Positions 1-13,677 of a stretch of 64,000 nt of DNA are shown in pieces (positions within the stretch are counted from its first letter, which is position 1; the number at the start of each line of letters is the position of its first letter). Source of the stretch: Octopus vulgaris. Lineage: Eukaryota. A program made the position numbers and the translations under genes. Where the stretch lies: NCBI GenBank assembly GCA_951406725.2, contig OX597820.1, forward strand, positions 62,372,001-62,436,000, written 5' to 3'. Under the pieces are notes generated by a model. The model made no database searches and was not told the origin of the DNA. It saw nothing but the letters and a program-made list of their open reading frames with translations.

Positions 1-632
1 TTCCTACCATTTTATTTTACGATAATATTAGACCCCTATGAGACATTCACTATATTAAATTACATCCAGACACTCACTCGAAACCTCGCCTCAACATACA
101 GGTTGTAGATAACCGAATTCTATATATCTCATATGATGGTTCACTCTCTCAGGCTGGAACTCCATTGAAGGTAGGCAATCAACCAACGTGTCGTGTGCCG
201 TCATGGCCATCAAACCCTGCAATTAATAAGTAACGGTATAGCGTAAACCTTGCGGCCATCCAAACAAAACTACGCTAGATAAAGGACCTGCGTCTTCAAA
301 TCACTGGATCTTTTTCCACTTCTCATTTATTATTGTAGCATTGTCCTACGACATGTTTCTTCTGTATCTCGAATGAGATTCGAGTAACAAATTTGCAAGC
401 GAGGATAATGCCAATAACGTTAGCTAGTACAAATAATAATTAGCATATAGAAAAACAGAGGGAAAGTAGTAAGGCATTTAAGGAATGCCAAAAGTAGCAG
501 AGGCTGATAGAGGAAACACCCACGTAATCGTAACAAGTTAAATGGCCAGGTAGATGCTACCATATCGGTTGAGAATCTAAATTTGAGAAAACATTTCAAT
601 ATCAGCTTAGTATATTAACATTCATTCTCACC

Positions 633-912
<280 letters not shown>

Positions 913-1122
913 TTTGTATTGACCATTTTTGCTCTTACTTCTTGTGAAGATTATAGGTCCATTGATGAGGTCTAATAAAAATGAAGCATGCTGCAAAACT
1001 TATATTTGTCTCCTTTTATTGTGAGAGTTATATATCTGATGTTTTAATCACTGGTAATATATACCTAGGTACGTTAATCACCGCCAACATTATCATTCCA
1101 TAGATAAATTTGTGTGTGAGTA

Positions 1123-1207
<85 letters not shown>

Positions 1208-1221
1208 CTATTATATATACT

Positions 1222-1620
1222 ATTATTGTTGGCATCCTTTTGTCTCGGGAGACAGTGAAGTTGCGCATAAACTAATCCAGTCTGGTTTTTACATTTCATT
1301 TCCTCTCCAGTTTTGCGCAGGCCTGGGCTAGATGTAAGAAAATCCTGGATAGCCCAATCATCAGGATTCTTTTCTCGCCCTTGCTGACGTAGTCGAAAGG
1401 AGTGCAGAGCATTATGTTTGGCACCAGCTTGGTTGCAGGAGCTGACAGAAGAGTGTCTAGTCGAACACTAAACCGCCTACAGGGCACCACTCCCGATTTC
1501 TTTGAAGGTTGTCGCCTTTCCGTAACCCTGGATAGGGGCCCATACCGGGTACTGTCAACCGGAGCCAGGTGAGCCCGGGACTCGTATCAGGCTGGGTCGT
1601 CACTCCCTGAAGTAGTGAAG
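1222..1620 (-). mobile_element. Bipartite non-autonomous RTE-clade element (5' UTR piece + 3' tail)
   Basis: Minus strand ends GCGCAACTTCACTGTCTCCCGAGACAAAAGGATGCCAACAATAA, a typical RTE 3' terminus. The internal CTGGTGCCAA segment resembles the RTE-5'-derived body of the SINEs at 23037 and 60832. Confidence 0.6.
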
Positions 1621-1642
1621 AAAATCACTACCCACTACCTAA

Positions 1643-1697
<55 letters not shown>

Positions 1698-2526
1698 ATA
1701 TATCTATATGAACGTATATGTATTGGTATGTATATGTGTGTATATATATGTATATGAACGTATATGTATTGGTATGCATATGTGTGTATATATATATGTA
1801 TATGAATGTAGATATATTGATATGTATATGTGGGTATATACATATATAAGTATATATATATATATACACACATATACACATATACACACATATATCTGTG
1901 TGTGTGTATGCGCACAAACATTTCCCGCACACACACATCCACACATCTATGCACACACATTTATGTGCATACACAAATGCCCAAAGGCACGCACACGCAC
2001 ACACAAACTACAAAATATGTTACGCCACCTTCAAGTATACCAATATCAAATGAACACGCACCCCAAAGAGGAAACTTGTACGTAGTCATTGCATTTGCCA
2101 GAAATACCAGTCAAATTCCTCCAAGTCACACGGAACCATTCTGAGAAAAGAAGAACTCATCATATATATATAAAGGGACTGTCACGGTTAAAATTCCTTT
2201 GATCAAAACTGTTCGAAATCAAAGACTATAGTTGGAAAAAAACAATAAAATCAAAATACAACAGTAATAGCAACAACATCGTCGCACGTCCTCCATCGTT
2301 AATCACAATTTAGATATTGTATCTAGGCTATGCAGCCTGGAATGCCTTTGATCATGCGTCTACTCAATAAGAAACGAGATGGGCGGTAAACAATCAACGA
2401 CGGTATTGCCAAAACACGTGACCACCAGCAACAACAGCAAAAACAACAGGAACTGGAGCAGCACAAATGAACAGGTCGACGATAGAAAGACTAAGAAAAG
2501 AAATAATAATAAAGATATTCAAATAC

Positions 2527-2544
2527 CTTCAGACGTTTGCTAAA
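2527..2544 (-). CDS. Candidate 18-nt microexon (copy A)
   Basis: Minus strand tttttctgtgtggcag|TTTAGCAAACGTCTGAAG|gtattt; paralogous to 13660-13677 including about 100 nt of flank. Confidence 0.3.
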
Positions 2545-2756
2545 CTGCCACACAGAAAAATGAATATTTATAGATCTAAAGATGAATTTTCCAGAAAATC
2601 ACATTTTCAAAACGAACAAGTAGCAGATGCGGAATGGAATATATACGCGTTACGCGTGTGCCTGTTTTCTATGTATAAAAGCATACTATGCATAAATGTA
2701 TATGTTAGTACATACATACATACATACATATGTGTGTATGTATGAGTATGTGTGTA

Positions 2757-2821
<65 letters not shown>

Positions 2822-2822
2822 G

Positions 2823-2897
<75 letters not shown>

Positions 2898-3854
2898 ATA
2901 TATATATAAATATATATGTGCATATAGATATAGATATACATGCACATACTTATATGTATACATGCATATGTCAGCAAGTAGAACAGTGTAGTTGAAGAGT
3001 GAAATATTTACTTTATAATGAGTATAACACAACATATGCAGACTACCCTTGGTGTCATTGAAGATGTAAGGCCTACTTAAGCCTGTATATTTCACAGCAC
3101 GATACGTAATACAATCAGGAGACCGGCTGAAACAAAAATGAAAATTTCAAGATAGCTTCTCAGTATAAATTTTTAGGCGATATGAAAGTCTGAGAATAAA
3201 TGAAGTGAAGCCTGTTTTGTTATAAAGCAGTTAGTTGTCATAACTCTGCTAATCATCTAACCAGATATTTTTCTTCTCTTATTCAATATTAAATTGCATA
3301 TGGGTGTAGCATTAAAGGTAAACACAGAATTAGGTATTGCCAATGTATGTCAAAGAATTAGATATTACCATTGTATGTCATGCAATAACCACATGTTCAT
3401 AAACGTTTACTATGAATACTTAAACATGTAATACATATGAAATTACTGATAGAGGATTAATAAAACTACATGCCATTTCTAAGTCGTAGGGATAAAGGTT
3501 ATTTGGCTACTTTAATGTGGAAGAAGAACGAAGAATATCCAAGAAGATATCTGAGGAACCGGAAAATGAAACAAAAACAAGAAAAAAAAATAATTTGGAT
3601 GGTGTCTATAAGAAAAAGAAGGAAAACAAGAAAAAAGAAAGTCAAAGGTATTGAAGGTATGCGAATGTAACTTTCATAGCTTAGCGGATCTGTAGAGTTT
3701 TGTGGTTGTAGAGACCAGGCTTTACAGATGTTTAGTAAGTAAATATTTGTCCATGAGAGATAATATTGAAAAAAATGTCGTTTTTAGAGCAGGGAGACCG
3801 GATACATTTAAGCTTCGTAGAATTTGTTCCTCTTCGTAGAATTTGTTCCCTTTG

Positions 3855-4089
3855 AAGGCTGCGAGCTGGCAAAAACGTTCGCACGCCGGACGAAACGCTT
3901 AGCGGTATTTCGTCTGCTGCTACGTTCTGAGTTCAAATTCCGCCGAGGTCGACGTCGCCTTTCATCCTTTCGGGGTCGATAAATTAAGTACCAGTTACGC
4001 AATGGAGTCGATCTAATCGACTTAAACCCTTTGTCTGTCCTTGTTTGTCTCCTCTATGTTTAGCCCCTTGTGGGCAATAAAGAAATAAG
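3855..4089 (+). mobile_element. SINE family A
   Basis: Head GGCTGCGAGCTGGCAAAAACG, B-box-like GAGTTCAAATTCC, tail CCCCTTGTGGGCAATAAAGAAATAAG; AGAATTTGTTCCCT on both sides (TSD-like). Confidence 0.9.
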
Positions 4090-4559
4090 AATTTGTTCCC
4101 TCTCTGCTGCGTCTTTAATTTGCATAGGCTTTTGCTTTCAGGATCACTTTCTACTGCGGAATTTGAACTCAGGCTGCAAAGAGCCAAAACAACACAAATA
4201 TGTTTCACAACAATCTAAAGACTGCGAAAACACCGCCCATTTTAATATGATATATTAATCTCATACTTATTTTGCTTCTGGCTAAGTTTGTCATATGAAT
4301 TGCGAAAATTTAAAATAGGCATAAATATACAAATTAAATATATATTACCTTCACAAAAATATTGATAATTAATAGCAATATATATAATTTCAAAGAAAGT
4401 TTTAGATGGAATTTAATTACAATAAATTAATATATAATTGACTTCGAGTTTAATTGTACTAAAAGAAATGTCAAGTAGCAATCTAATCTTGATAAAACTA
4501 AAGATATTCGATGTTTAACAAATATGATTTTGTAAATATTAATTTTATGTATAACGTCA

Positions 4560-5000
4560 TCAAACGAACACACGTCCATATATACACTAGACTTTGATCC
4601 TGAAAATAAATCGCATTCTGTGTACAAAGAGAAATACAGTAAAGAAATCTCTAAAATTTTCAATATATTGACTCTTTCCATATCGTCATGGAATCCATCT
4701 CAACTGCATGCAGACATCGCTGTTAGCTTACTCGACAGTTCCATGGTTATTAACAATATTCTTCCTGTCGACTTCCGTCTGCTACAAACCCACTGAGTTC
4801 CACTCCTATTTCTACTATTTTCCTTTTCACCTGAAGAGCACAAAATCTGATATACCATCATCCCTATTCCTCCATTTTTGTCGATGAAGCATAGATTCTG
4901 ATTTCTAATCTCAATATGAAAGAATTCCACAGTTTTTTTCCGCCACTGATAAAATATTTCATCGGATGCGAACCCTGCACTCTGCTGCGCACAAGCCCTC
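4560..5000 (-). pseudogene. Possible degenerate Merlin (IS1595-like) transposase fragment
   Basis: Minus ORF 4700-5002 has KNGGIGMMV...TQWVCSRRKSTGRILL, plus a frameshifted KRK, resembling Merlin KIGGxGxIVEIDE...KRK...QWVFGGxERxTGxxFL. Catalytic residues are not preserved. Confidence 0.4.
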
Positions 5001-5634
5001 ACCGCAACACATTTCTGCCTCCCTCTCTAGCGTACCTACAGACAGGAATTCTACTCTCCCTCACTTTCCTCATCAACACCTATTAAAATGCGCACTTCTC
5101 TGCAACTTTCAAATTCTATTGTCGGGACATATACTAGGTCTGCCCTTTACCGCACCATATTTCCTCGCTTCAAAAATAAGAAGCGCCGCGATATTTTAGA
5201 TAGAAGCCCTACAGCACCCATATTTTTTAATAACGAGGACTATATCAGCCTATGTGTCATTCACTTTTGAACGCGGTGGGTCATATTTGAGGGAATTTGG
5301 CTGCTATTATTAGTTGGTTCAACTTTAGTGCAGGGGCTTCAGATTACGAGTAGTCACCGTGCATTTAGTTAACTCTGGTATTTGCACTGTAATTTTTTAA
5401 GTCGACACCGTAATATATGAATTCAGAAACTAAAGAGACTATTGATATCTAATTTGGTGACAAGTAAACAATGAAAGATGATAATAAATTTAAAATACTC
5501 CAGTGCATTATTTTGTGAAATGTATGTATGAGAATAAGTCTGTATTTGTATATTTTCTGGCTATAGTTATGTTATGATTCTGTCTCCCGACTTAAAAGAT
5601 TTATGAATATAAAAATTATTTTATTTTGTCAGTG

Positions 5635-6525
5635 TTTATCTAAAGATATTTGATGAATGATGTTTGATGAATATTTTTGATGAATATGTTTGATGGATGC
5701 GAATGGTCTGATCCGTTTTCGACCGGCCTGATCCGGTTTCAATCGGTATGGAACGGTCTGATCTGGTTTGGAGCGCTCTGGACTGCTCTGAAAAGGTTTG
5801 GAAGCGATCTGGACAGGTCTGATCTAGTTTGGAGATGATGAGGTTTCAGGAAAATGTTTGATGAATGATGTTTGATGAAAATGTTTGATGATGTTTAATG
5901 AAGATATTTGACCAAAATGTTTAATGGATGCGACTAGTCTGATCATGTTGGGACCTGTCTGTTCCGGCTTAGGCAAGTCTGGACCGGTCTGATCCGGTAT
6001 GGACCAGTTTGGAACGGTCTGAACGAGTTTGGACCAGTCTGAGCCAGTCTGAACCGGTTTGAACCGGTTTTAAGATGTTTAATAAAAATATTTGATGAAA
6101 ATTGTTTGATGGGGCGACCCGTATGATCCGATTTGAACCGATTTCGACCAGTCTGAACCAATTTAAATCGGTTAGACCCGTTTTGAACTGGCTTGGATCG
6201 GTTTGAACCAATTTAGATACCTTTGAACCGGTTTGAACTTGTTTGAAGATGATGATGTTTGATGATGATAATGTGTGTTGATGACAATTTTTGATGATGA
6301 TGTTTGATGAAGATGTTTAATGAATGTTGTTTGATGAAGATATTTGATGAAGATTTTTGATGAAAATGTTTGATGGAATAGAACGGTCTTATCTGGTTTC
6401 GAACGATCTGGACCTACGTAAACCAGTTTGGACCGGCCTGATCTGGTTTCGGCCGGTCTTGACTGGTCTACTTCGGTATCGACCTGTCTGACCCCGTTTC
6501 CACCGGTCTGATCTGATTTCGACGC
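5635..6525. repeat. Composite satellite of alternating TTTGATGAA-type and GACCGGTCTG/ATCCGGTTTG-type blocks
   Basis: Four cycles of an 11-12-bp AT-rich unit block followed by a ~10-bp ACCGGT-core unit block. Confidence 0.85.
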
Positions 6526-8635
6526 TGAAATTATAACTTTGTAAACGATGGGCCAATAAGAAAGATTGAATTTAGTTGCATATGTCACTAAAAATTCTCT
6601 TCAAATCACACCCTGGTCTATTGAAAAAGAAAGGACATTCAAATAAATAGTCCTATGTGAACAAGATTGAGTACTTTCTAGGAATTAGATTTGCTGAAAT
6701 TGTTTCCATCATAGGTTTGATCGGTCATGATAGATCTAAAATTAAGAAGTAAATGAGGGCTTATATCTGCCTGGTAGTTACTGGTTATGGCAATACTAAA
6801 TTTGGATAAACATAATACCAATTAACCACCTCAAAAATCTATAATTGTAAGCACCAAACTCAAAGAACAAAACTCACAGTTCGAGGTGTGTAATACAGAC
6901 ACTGGTATTCTAAAACAGAGCAACAAAGTAGTTTCCTAATGCTTTTTCCAAAGCCATGATAGAACTCAATGTTCACTGCAATAACTTCATGAAATATTTA
7001 CTAATAATACAGTATATCAGTTTCTTAGGTCTACTTCAGCTCTGATTAACCAAGTACATGATCTATGCTTGAAGCATAGGGATCACAGACTACGTTATCC
7101 AGTATATTCCTTCAAGTTACTACTAGGTATATATCCTACAAGACGGTAGGATGCAAATCAAAGGAAATTTCTATGAAGTAAAGCAACTGTCTCACATAAA
7201 TTTACATGGTCTGCTTTTGCAGTCCGGTGCACAAACAATCAAGTATTACATGACATACCAACAGCCACAAGGCTGAATGTGGAAAGTAGTAAACGATAGC
7301 TCATAGAGCTTATGTACCCATACCCGTACATTTGCTTCAGCCTCTATTAGTTTTCGACTTTTTTAAAGCTCTAAGACCACTAAATCGCTAAGGTTACAAG
7401 ACAACCGATTAAAACATAGGCCGTTCTTATGCAATCATTTTCGTATCTAAAAATCAAGATTCTTGCAGTAAAATATGGAAAATGTATACAGTAACAGCAT
7501 TATTTTGTTGGCTGCTGAATGTTTTATTACCACGGAGAACAGTTTGTTACTAACTACACTTGGGAAATTTTGCATGTGATTGTTTAACGTCCAACAGAGA
7601 TAAAAATGTATCTATAATCCGCTTAACAACTTAACAATCGAATATACATGCACAGGGAATCGTAAAACTTCACTAGAAGTACATAGGATATGCATTGGCA
7701 AATATATCTGAAGCTATAATTAAGTCACTTGTCCAACTAGATCAAGATTTACTTTCTATATCTTCCTGAAACTATCTCATAGCGCAGAAGACATTAGATA
7801 ATGTAGTCCTAAACATAATTCAAAATACAAAATAAAAAAGAAAAACCCGAGGTATGGTCACCAACAGAATATGTTTCATCATAAATCTGCTCGATGGCGA
7901 TTGAACTGTAGCTAAACGAGAACTCAATAACAAACTTCCTACACAGCATGTTGTTCAGATAATAATCCGGCTACATCTAAGCATCCATTGCAAAGATTAC
8001 TGTTCTTATGTTCCCGAAAATGATCAATGTGCGTTACATGTGTATTTTTAATAATTTTGACATTAATGGGAAGATGATGCAGTCATCAAAAGAGCAGATT
8101 TGTTTGTTTCAGAATGTGGATCTCATATAGATTTAACTGATTGGCAATATATATTTTACTAAAGCTGCAGATAGATGCCTTTGAACGTTTTCTAAATATT
8201 GATTCTCAGTCGAATGTGTACGTACGTGCGTGGTTGTTTGTGTGCTTGCATAGATACATACATATACATATAAATACACACACATACATACATACATATA
8301 TATATATATATACACACATACATACACACATACACAAATGTACATACATACACATATATACATATGTACATACATACATATATACATACATACATACATA
8401 CATACACATATATACATACATACATACATACATATACATACATACACGCAGAGTCTCATAACTAAAACGTTAGCCTCAGTGTACTTTGAATAAATCTATA
8501 TCAGCCAGTATTGCCAGTGGAAATTAAAATTTATTAAATACACGTGACAGGTGCAAACAGTTGACACCTGAGACAGAAAAACAAGCGGCACAGCAGCAAA
8601 ACCAGTTACAGATTCACAAATCTGATATTACAAAT

Positions 8636-8666
<31 letters not shown>

Positions 8667-8677
8667 GTATGTGTGTT

Positions 8678-8740
<63 letters not shown>

Positions 8741-8749
8741 GTGTGTGTT

Positions 8750-9153
8750 CTTTTATTTGTTTCAGGCATTTGACTGCGGCCATGCTGGAGCACCGCCCTT
8801 TAATCGAGCAAATCGTTCCCAGGACTTATTCTTTGCAAGCCTAGTACTTATTCTATCGGTCTATCTTGCCGAACCGCTAAGTGACGGGGACGCAAGCACA
8901 CCAGCATCGATTGTCAAGCGATGTTGGGGGAACAAACATACACACACAAACAAATACACACACACAAACACACACATATATGTATATGTATATATATATA
9001 TACACGACGGGTTTCTTTCAGTTTACCAAATCCACTCAGAAAGATCAGGTCGGCCGGAGGCTATAGAAGAAGACACGTGCTCAAAGGTGCCACGCAGTGG
9101 GACAGAACCCGGAACCATGTGGTTGGTAAGCAAGCTACCACGCAGCCTCTCCT
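8750..9153 (-). mobile_element. SINE family B (tRNA-like head, internal CA/TA microsatellite)
   Basis: Minus head ...GGTTCCGGGTTCTGTCCCACTGCGTGGCACCTT; tail GCTCCAGCATGGCCGCAGTCAAATG; many near-identical copies in the window. Confidence 0.9.
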
Positions 9154-9154
9154 G

Positions 9155-9189
<35 letters not shown>

Positions 9190-9604
9190 GTGTGTGTGTG
9201 TGCATGTTTATGTGTGCGTGTGTGTGTGTGAGTAGGGGAAAGTAAGAAGAAAAATAAGCGAAAATACACATTGGTAATAAAAAAGTAAAGGCTTTTTATG
9301 AAAAGTAACGATAGATATGAATTTAATGAACTGCGGTAGGAATAGAAGTCATTATTGTGAATTGTCAATGAGATTCAAAAGCACACCGCCTTCGTAAATT
9401 TACTAATCATTGCTTTGAATGCACACCAATTAATGAATGGTGTTAGGTCTACTAATCCCTGAGTAAAACGCTTATGTGTAAGGAAGGTAAGTAGTTTTGG
9501 ATTTGGTGCAATTAGGGTAGATACAGATCTGTAATGTGAATGGTGTATGGGATGTATGGGGGTTAGTGGTATTAATTGAAAGGTTAGTAGTGTTCTGTAT
9601 TATG

Positions 9605-10610
9605 TTATGTGTTCATATTGAGTTGTGGAAGATATTTATTGATGAAAGTTGCCTCTTTATTCATAGTTTTTGTACTGAGGTGTTCTATGAACATTGATAG
9701 AAGGGTAAAATTAGGAAATTAGGATTAAGATTCCTAGCACACCTTTCTATGTGTTCACTAACCTGTATCTGTCTGTATTGTGGGTGGCGGATTTGTTCTT
9801 TGTGGAGAGTGGTTCTTAGATGGAGTGATATTCCTGTTTGGCCAATATAATTATGACCACATCCTAAGCATATAATGGCATAGATAAGATTTTCCGAGGC
9901 ACAGGTGAAATTTGATTTGATCTTAAATATTTTACCTCGTTTAAAGTGGAATTCTGAACCTTCCAAAATCTAGGGGCATGTATCACAGTTAGGTCGACCA
10001 CATTTTTTCACTTTTGGTTCTGTTGTTAATGCATATAGTCTTGCGCTGGGTTAATATATTTTTCAATGATTTAGGTTGCGTTTTGCTCTTGATAATTTGG
10101 TGTGAGCCTAAAATTTTGTTCACTGTTTTATCTTCTGTGAGGATGGGAAGATTTGGGATGATAATGTTAAAGACTTCGTTGTTTCTAGTGTTATTTGTGG
10201 AGATGTACGGGAGTATTTTTAAGTCTGGTTTAGTATTTCGTTTGACTTCCCTTAATGTTCGTATATCTATTTCCATAACTCGTTTAATACCATCATTTAT
10301 TAATGATATTGGGTAAAGTATTTTAATTATTATTGATCTGAGTTCAATGAGTCTTTGTTCACGAGTATAGGTGTCCGAAACTATGGTACAGATTCCTTTC
10401 GCTAGATTATAAGGTATATTAATTTTTATGTGTTTGGGGTGGCATGAGTTGAATAATAGGTATTGTTTCATATCTGTGGGTTTATAGAAGATGTTTGTTT
10501 CGATGTGGTTATTGACTATTTTGTTTAGGATGACAAGAAAAGGGAGTTCATACTGCTGTGCTCCATGGTGAATTGTATGTTGCTATTAATATTGTTACAA
10601 TTTTCAAAAA
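9605..10610 (-). mobile_element. Penelope-like element: RT C-terminus/thumb + GIY-YIG endonuclease, frameshifted and 5'-truncated
   Basis: NINSNIQFTMEH...IETNIFYKPTDMKQYLLFNSCHPKHIKINIPYNLA, then FTCASENLIYAIICLGCGHNYIGQTG...LRTTLH, ending FINKYLPQLN. Confidence 0.93.
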
Positions 10611-11171
10611 CCGTTTTCACAATATTTGCTGAAATAAGTGCAACCTCCTTATAGCTCTGGGGAACATTAAGGATTTGATTAACAAATATTTTCCATACAA
10701 ATAACAGTGTTACATACTTAAGTGATGACCAACACTCTCCCAATAAAAAAAAACCCATAAAAAACCATAAACAATACCAGCCTGCCAGTAAAATGGACCT
10801 TACTACTTATATCCTTTTCTGAATCTTTAACAGGAAGCCGACATTGCCTAAAGGCTGACATATCTAGTAAACACACTTAATTTCAAAGTTTAAATACTGG
10901 ACTAAACTCTAAGGTTTAACATTCTGAAAACAAAAGGTTAACTATCCCAATAATATTCAAGTAAAACCGACAACTAAACACATATGATGACCAACAATCT
11001 AACTATATTCCTTCATGAATCCATGACTTGAAGATGACACACCTAAATATACACACCTGATTACAAAGTTCTGCATGCATGAATCAATTTTAAACAATAG
11101 CACATCCCGAAATTTAGTCAATGCAATTCTCCATTTCACCTTGCCATCACAGCCTACCATACATTCTAATA

Positions 11172-11225
<54 letters not shown>

Positions 11226-12199
11226 GTGTTCGTATGTCTCAAGTATCAACTATACATACATAAATACTTACACACATAAACTAGCACACACATACAACGT
11301 ATTCAGACAGCCATGCAGACACTACAATCTGTACAACTGAGGTTGAGAAAAAATGGCTCTTGTTACAATATCATTTATTATTCTCCTAGTAAGCTTTAAA
11401 TAACACTGTTCTTGTATACAATTTCTATTTAGCTGAACATTCGTATTGGCACATCAAATTCTCAGACATATATACATACACACATACATATTTCCCTACC
11501 AACCCAAAATATATAATATATTTAGTAGATATACAAATATGGCCAACGTAACTGTGTCTCCGTACATTGAAAGAAAATTAATTAACGTCTCCAATCGATT
11601 TTCGAACCTTATTAGATTCTTATCAGAAGAGTCTCCATCAAATAAGCCATCTCAGTGAAACAAGCAGCCAACCTGTTTATATACTCATCAGATCCATCAT
11701 CTCCAGAGAACTGGAATCACCAATTTGCATTAAGTAAGAGTTTAACACTTTAATAACAGTAGCCTATCAAAGAGGGTCTCAGTGTCGACATATCAAGGTG
11801 TGGTATGTAACATATATAGTAGGTACACACATGCTCACGTTACATATACAGAAACAATGATATATACTTATGCGTGGAGATATTTATGGCCATACTCAAG
11901 GTAAGGAATATGCACAGTCATATACACACATACATAATCACGCACACACAAAGACAAATATATGTATATAAATATTGTGTATGTATATATACGTAACTGA
12001 TATATATATATATATATATATCACGAGTCTCTACAACCAATTCACATATATGTAGATTCTGAGGGATATGGTACCTAAGTTGAGGCACCACAATTTAGTA
12101 GGGTATTATCCATACAATTTCAAAATAAGGTGATTAAAAAGCAACAAGGATATCCAAAGGTAATGGAGTACGATCGTTTCAAGCAACTCCATTTAATTG

Positions 12200-12396
12200 A
12201 ACAATGCAATCATTCATTCTTTGCCATGAAACCACCTCAATTCTGGGAAGAGGGTATTTTCGAGTTAAAGGAAAGATGGAGACGCATTGTGCAACAAAAT
12301 GGTTCATATTTGGTTGATTAAAAATGTAATGGCAAGTATTTATTGACCTTTTTCTTTCCTTTAAAAATTGGCATGATCTTTCCGGACAACACATTA
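12200..12396 (+). mobile_element. mariner transposase C-terminus + right TIR remnant
   Basis: FFAMKPPQFWEEGIFELKERWRRIVQQNGSYLVD* matches mariner C-termini; followed by TIR-like GCATGATCTTTCCGGACAACACATTA. Confidence 0.85.
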
Positions 12397-12784
12397 CTTT
12401 CACTGCCATCATCAATAAAAATAAATTATGTGATCGCTCAAACTGTTAAAATTGGCAGGCAACTGTGTTAAATCAAACCCAGCCATCTGGGGAAAAATAG
12501 ATAATTTGATCCTCAATTTCCTAAACATAACATGAAGAGGCTATTGTGACGTTGTCTTCGTAATGTATATATTTTTTTCTCGGGACGAAAACGCAGTTCC
12601 CATTACCCTTTACGAAACCTCCGGTAACCAGGCCCGAATGCTTACAACACAATGGGCTCGGCAAAATGAGTCCATGGTGTCAGGTAACAGGGTTAAAGTG
12701 GGCGACAGATTTGGGAATAACTTTGATCATAAGTCTACTTTATTAGAGATGACCAACGGCTTAGCAACAAATAGCAACATCATC

Positions 12785-13610
12785 CGCTGCCCTCCGCCCC
12801 TGCCGCCGTTACCCTCTCCACAATCACCATCCCTGCCACAATCACCAACATCACCACTGCCACTACCTACACCACCAGAATTGCTACTCCTATCACTATC
12901 ACCACTACCACCAACACGACCATCACCGTATCACCTCCAAAACCACCACTACCACCAATCCCATTAACATCCTGCCATCAACACCACTAACACCTCCTGC
13001 ACTACCACCACCATCATCAACACCACAACCACCACACTCAGTATATTACCATAGAGATCACCGAGACCTCCACCACTACCACCAACACATCACCATCTCC
13101 GCCACTACTATCAATAGCACCACTACCATCATAACGACCACCACCACTACTACCCCCAAAACACCTACTACCCGACATCGCTGACTCCACCACCACGAAT
13201 ATCACCATCGCCAGAACTGCTACCACTAACATCAACACCATCATAGCTACCACAACCACCACTACAACCACCACTACCACCACCACCAATACCACCACCA
13301 AAACCAACACTACCACCACTACCACCACTACCACCACCACCACCACCACTAACACTACCACCACCACTACCACCACAACCACCTCCACCACAACCATCAC
13401 AACCACCAACAACAACACTAAGACCACCACCAACAACACCATCACAACACCACCACCACCAACAACAACAACACTACCACCACCACCACCACCACCACCA
13501 CCACCACCACCACCACCACCACAACCACCACCACCACCACCACAAACCACCACCACCACAACCACAAACCACCACCACCAACTATCATCAGTACTACAAC
13601 AACAATAATA
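12785..13610. repeat. Degenerate (ACC)n/(CAC)n trinucleotide array
   Basis: Directly visible; source of the poly-V/G/P ORFs. Confidence 0.95.
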
Positions 13611-13659
13611 TGAGACGATGATGACAAGAAAGGCAAAAGCAACAAAAATATTCAAATAC

Positions 13660-13677
13660 CTTCAGACATTTTCAAAA
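13660..13677 (-). CDS. Candidate 18-nt microexon (copy B)
   Basis: Minus strand catgtttgtgtggcag|TTTTGAAAATGTCTGAAG|gtattt; paralogous to 2527-2544. Confidence 0.3.

Noticed and set aside
5635-6525. CRISPR-like array
   Set aside because: No constant repeat with unique spacers; eukaryotic satellite context.
13038-13655. 205-aa Val/Gly-rich ORF with a signal-like N-terminus
   Set aside because: Antisense reading of an (ACC)n array; no domain.
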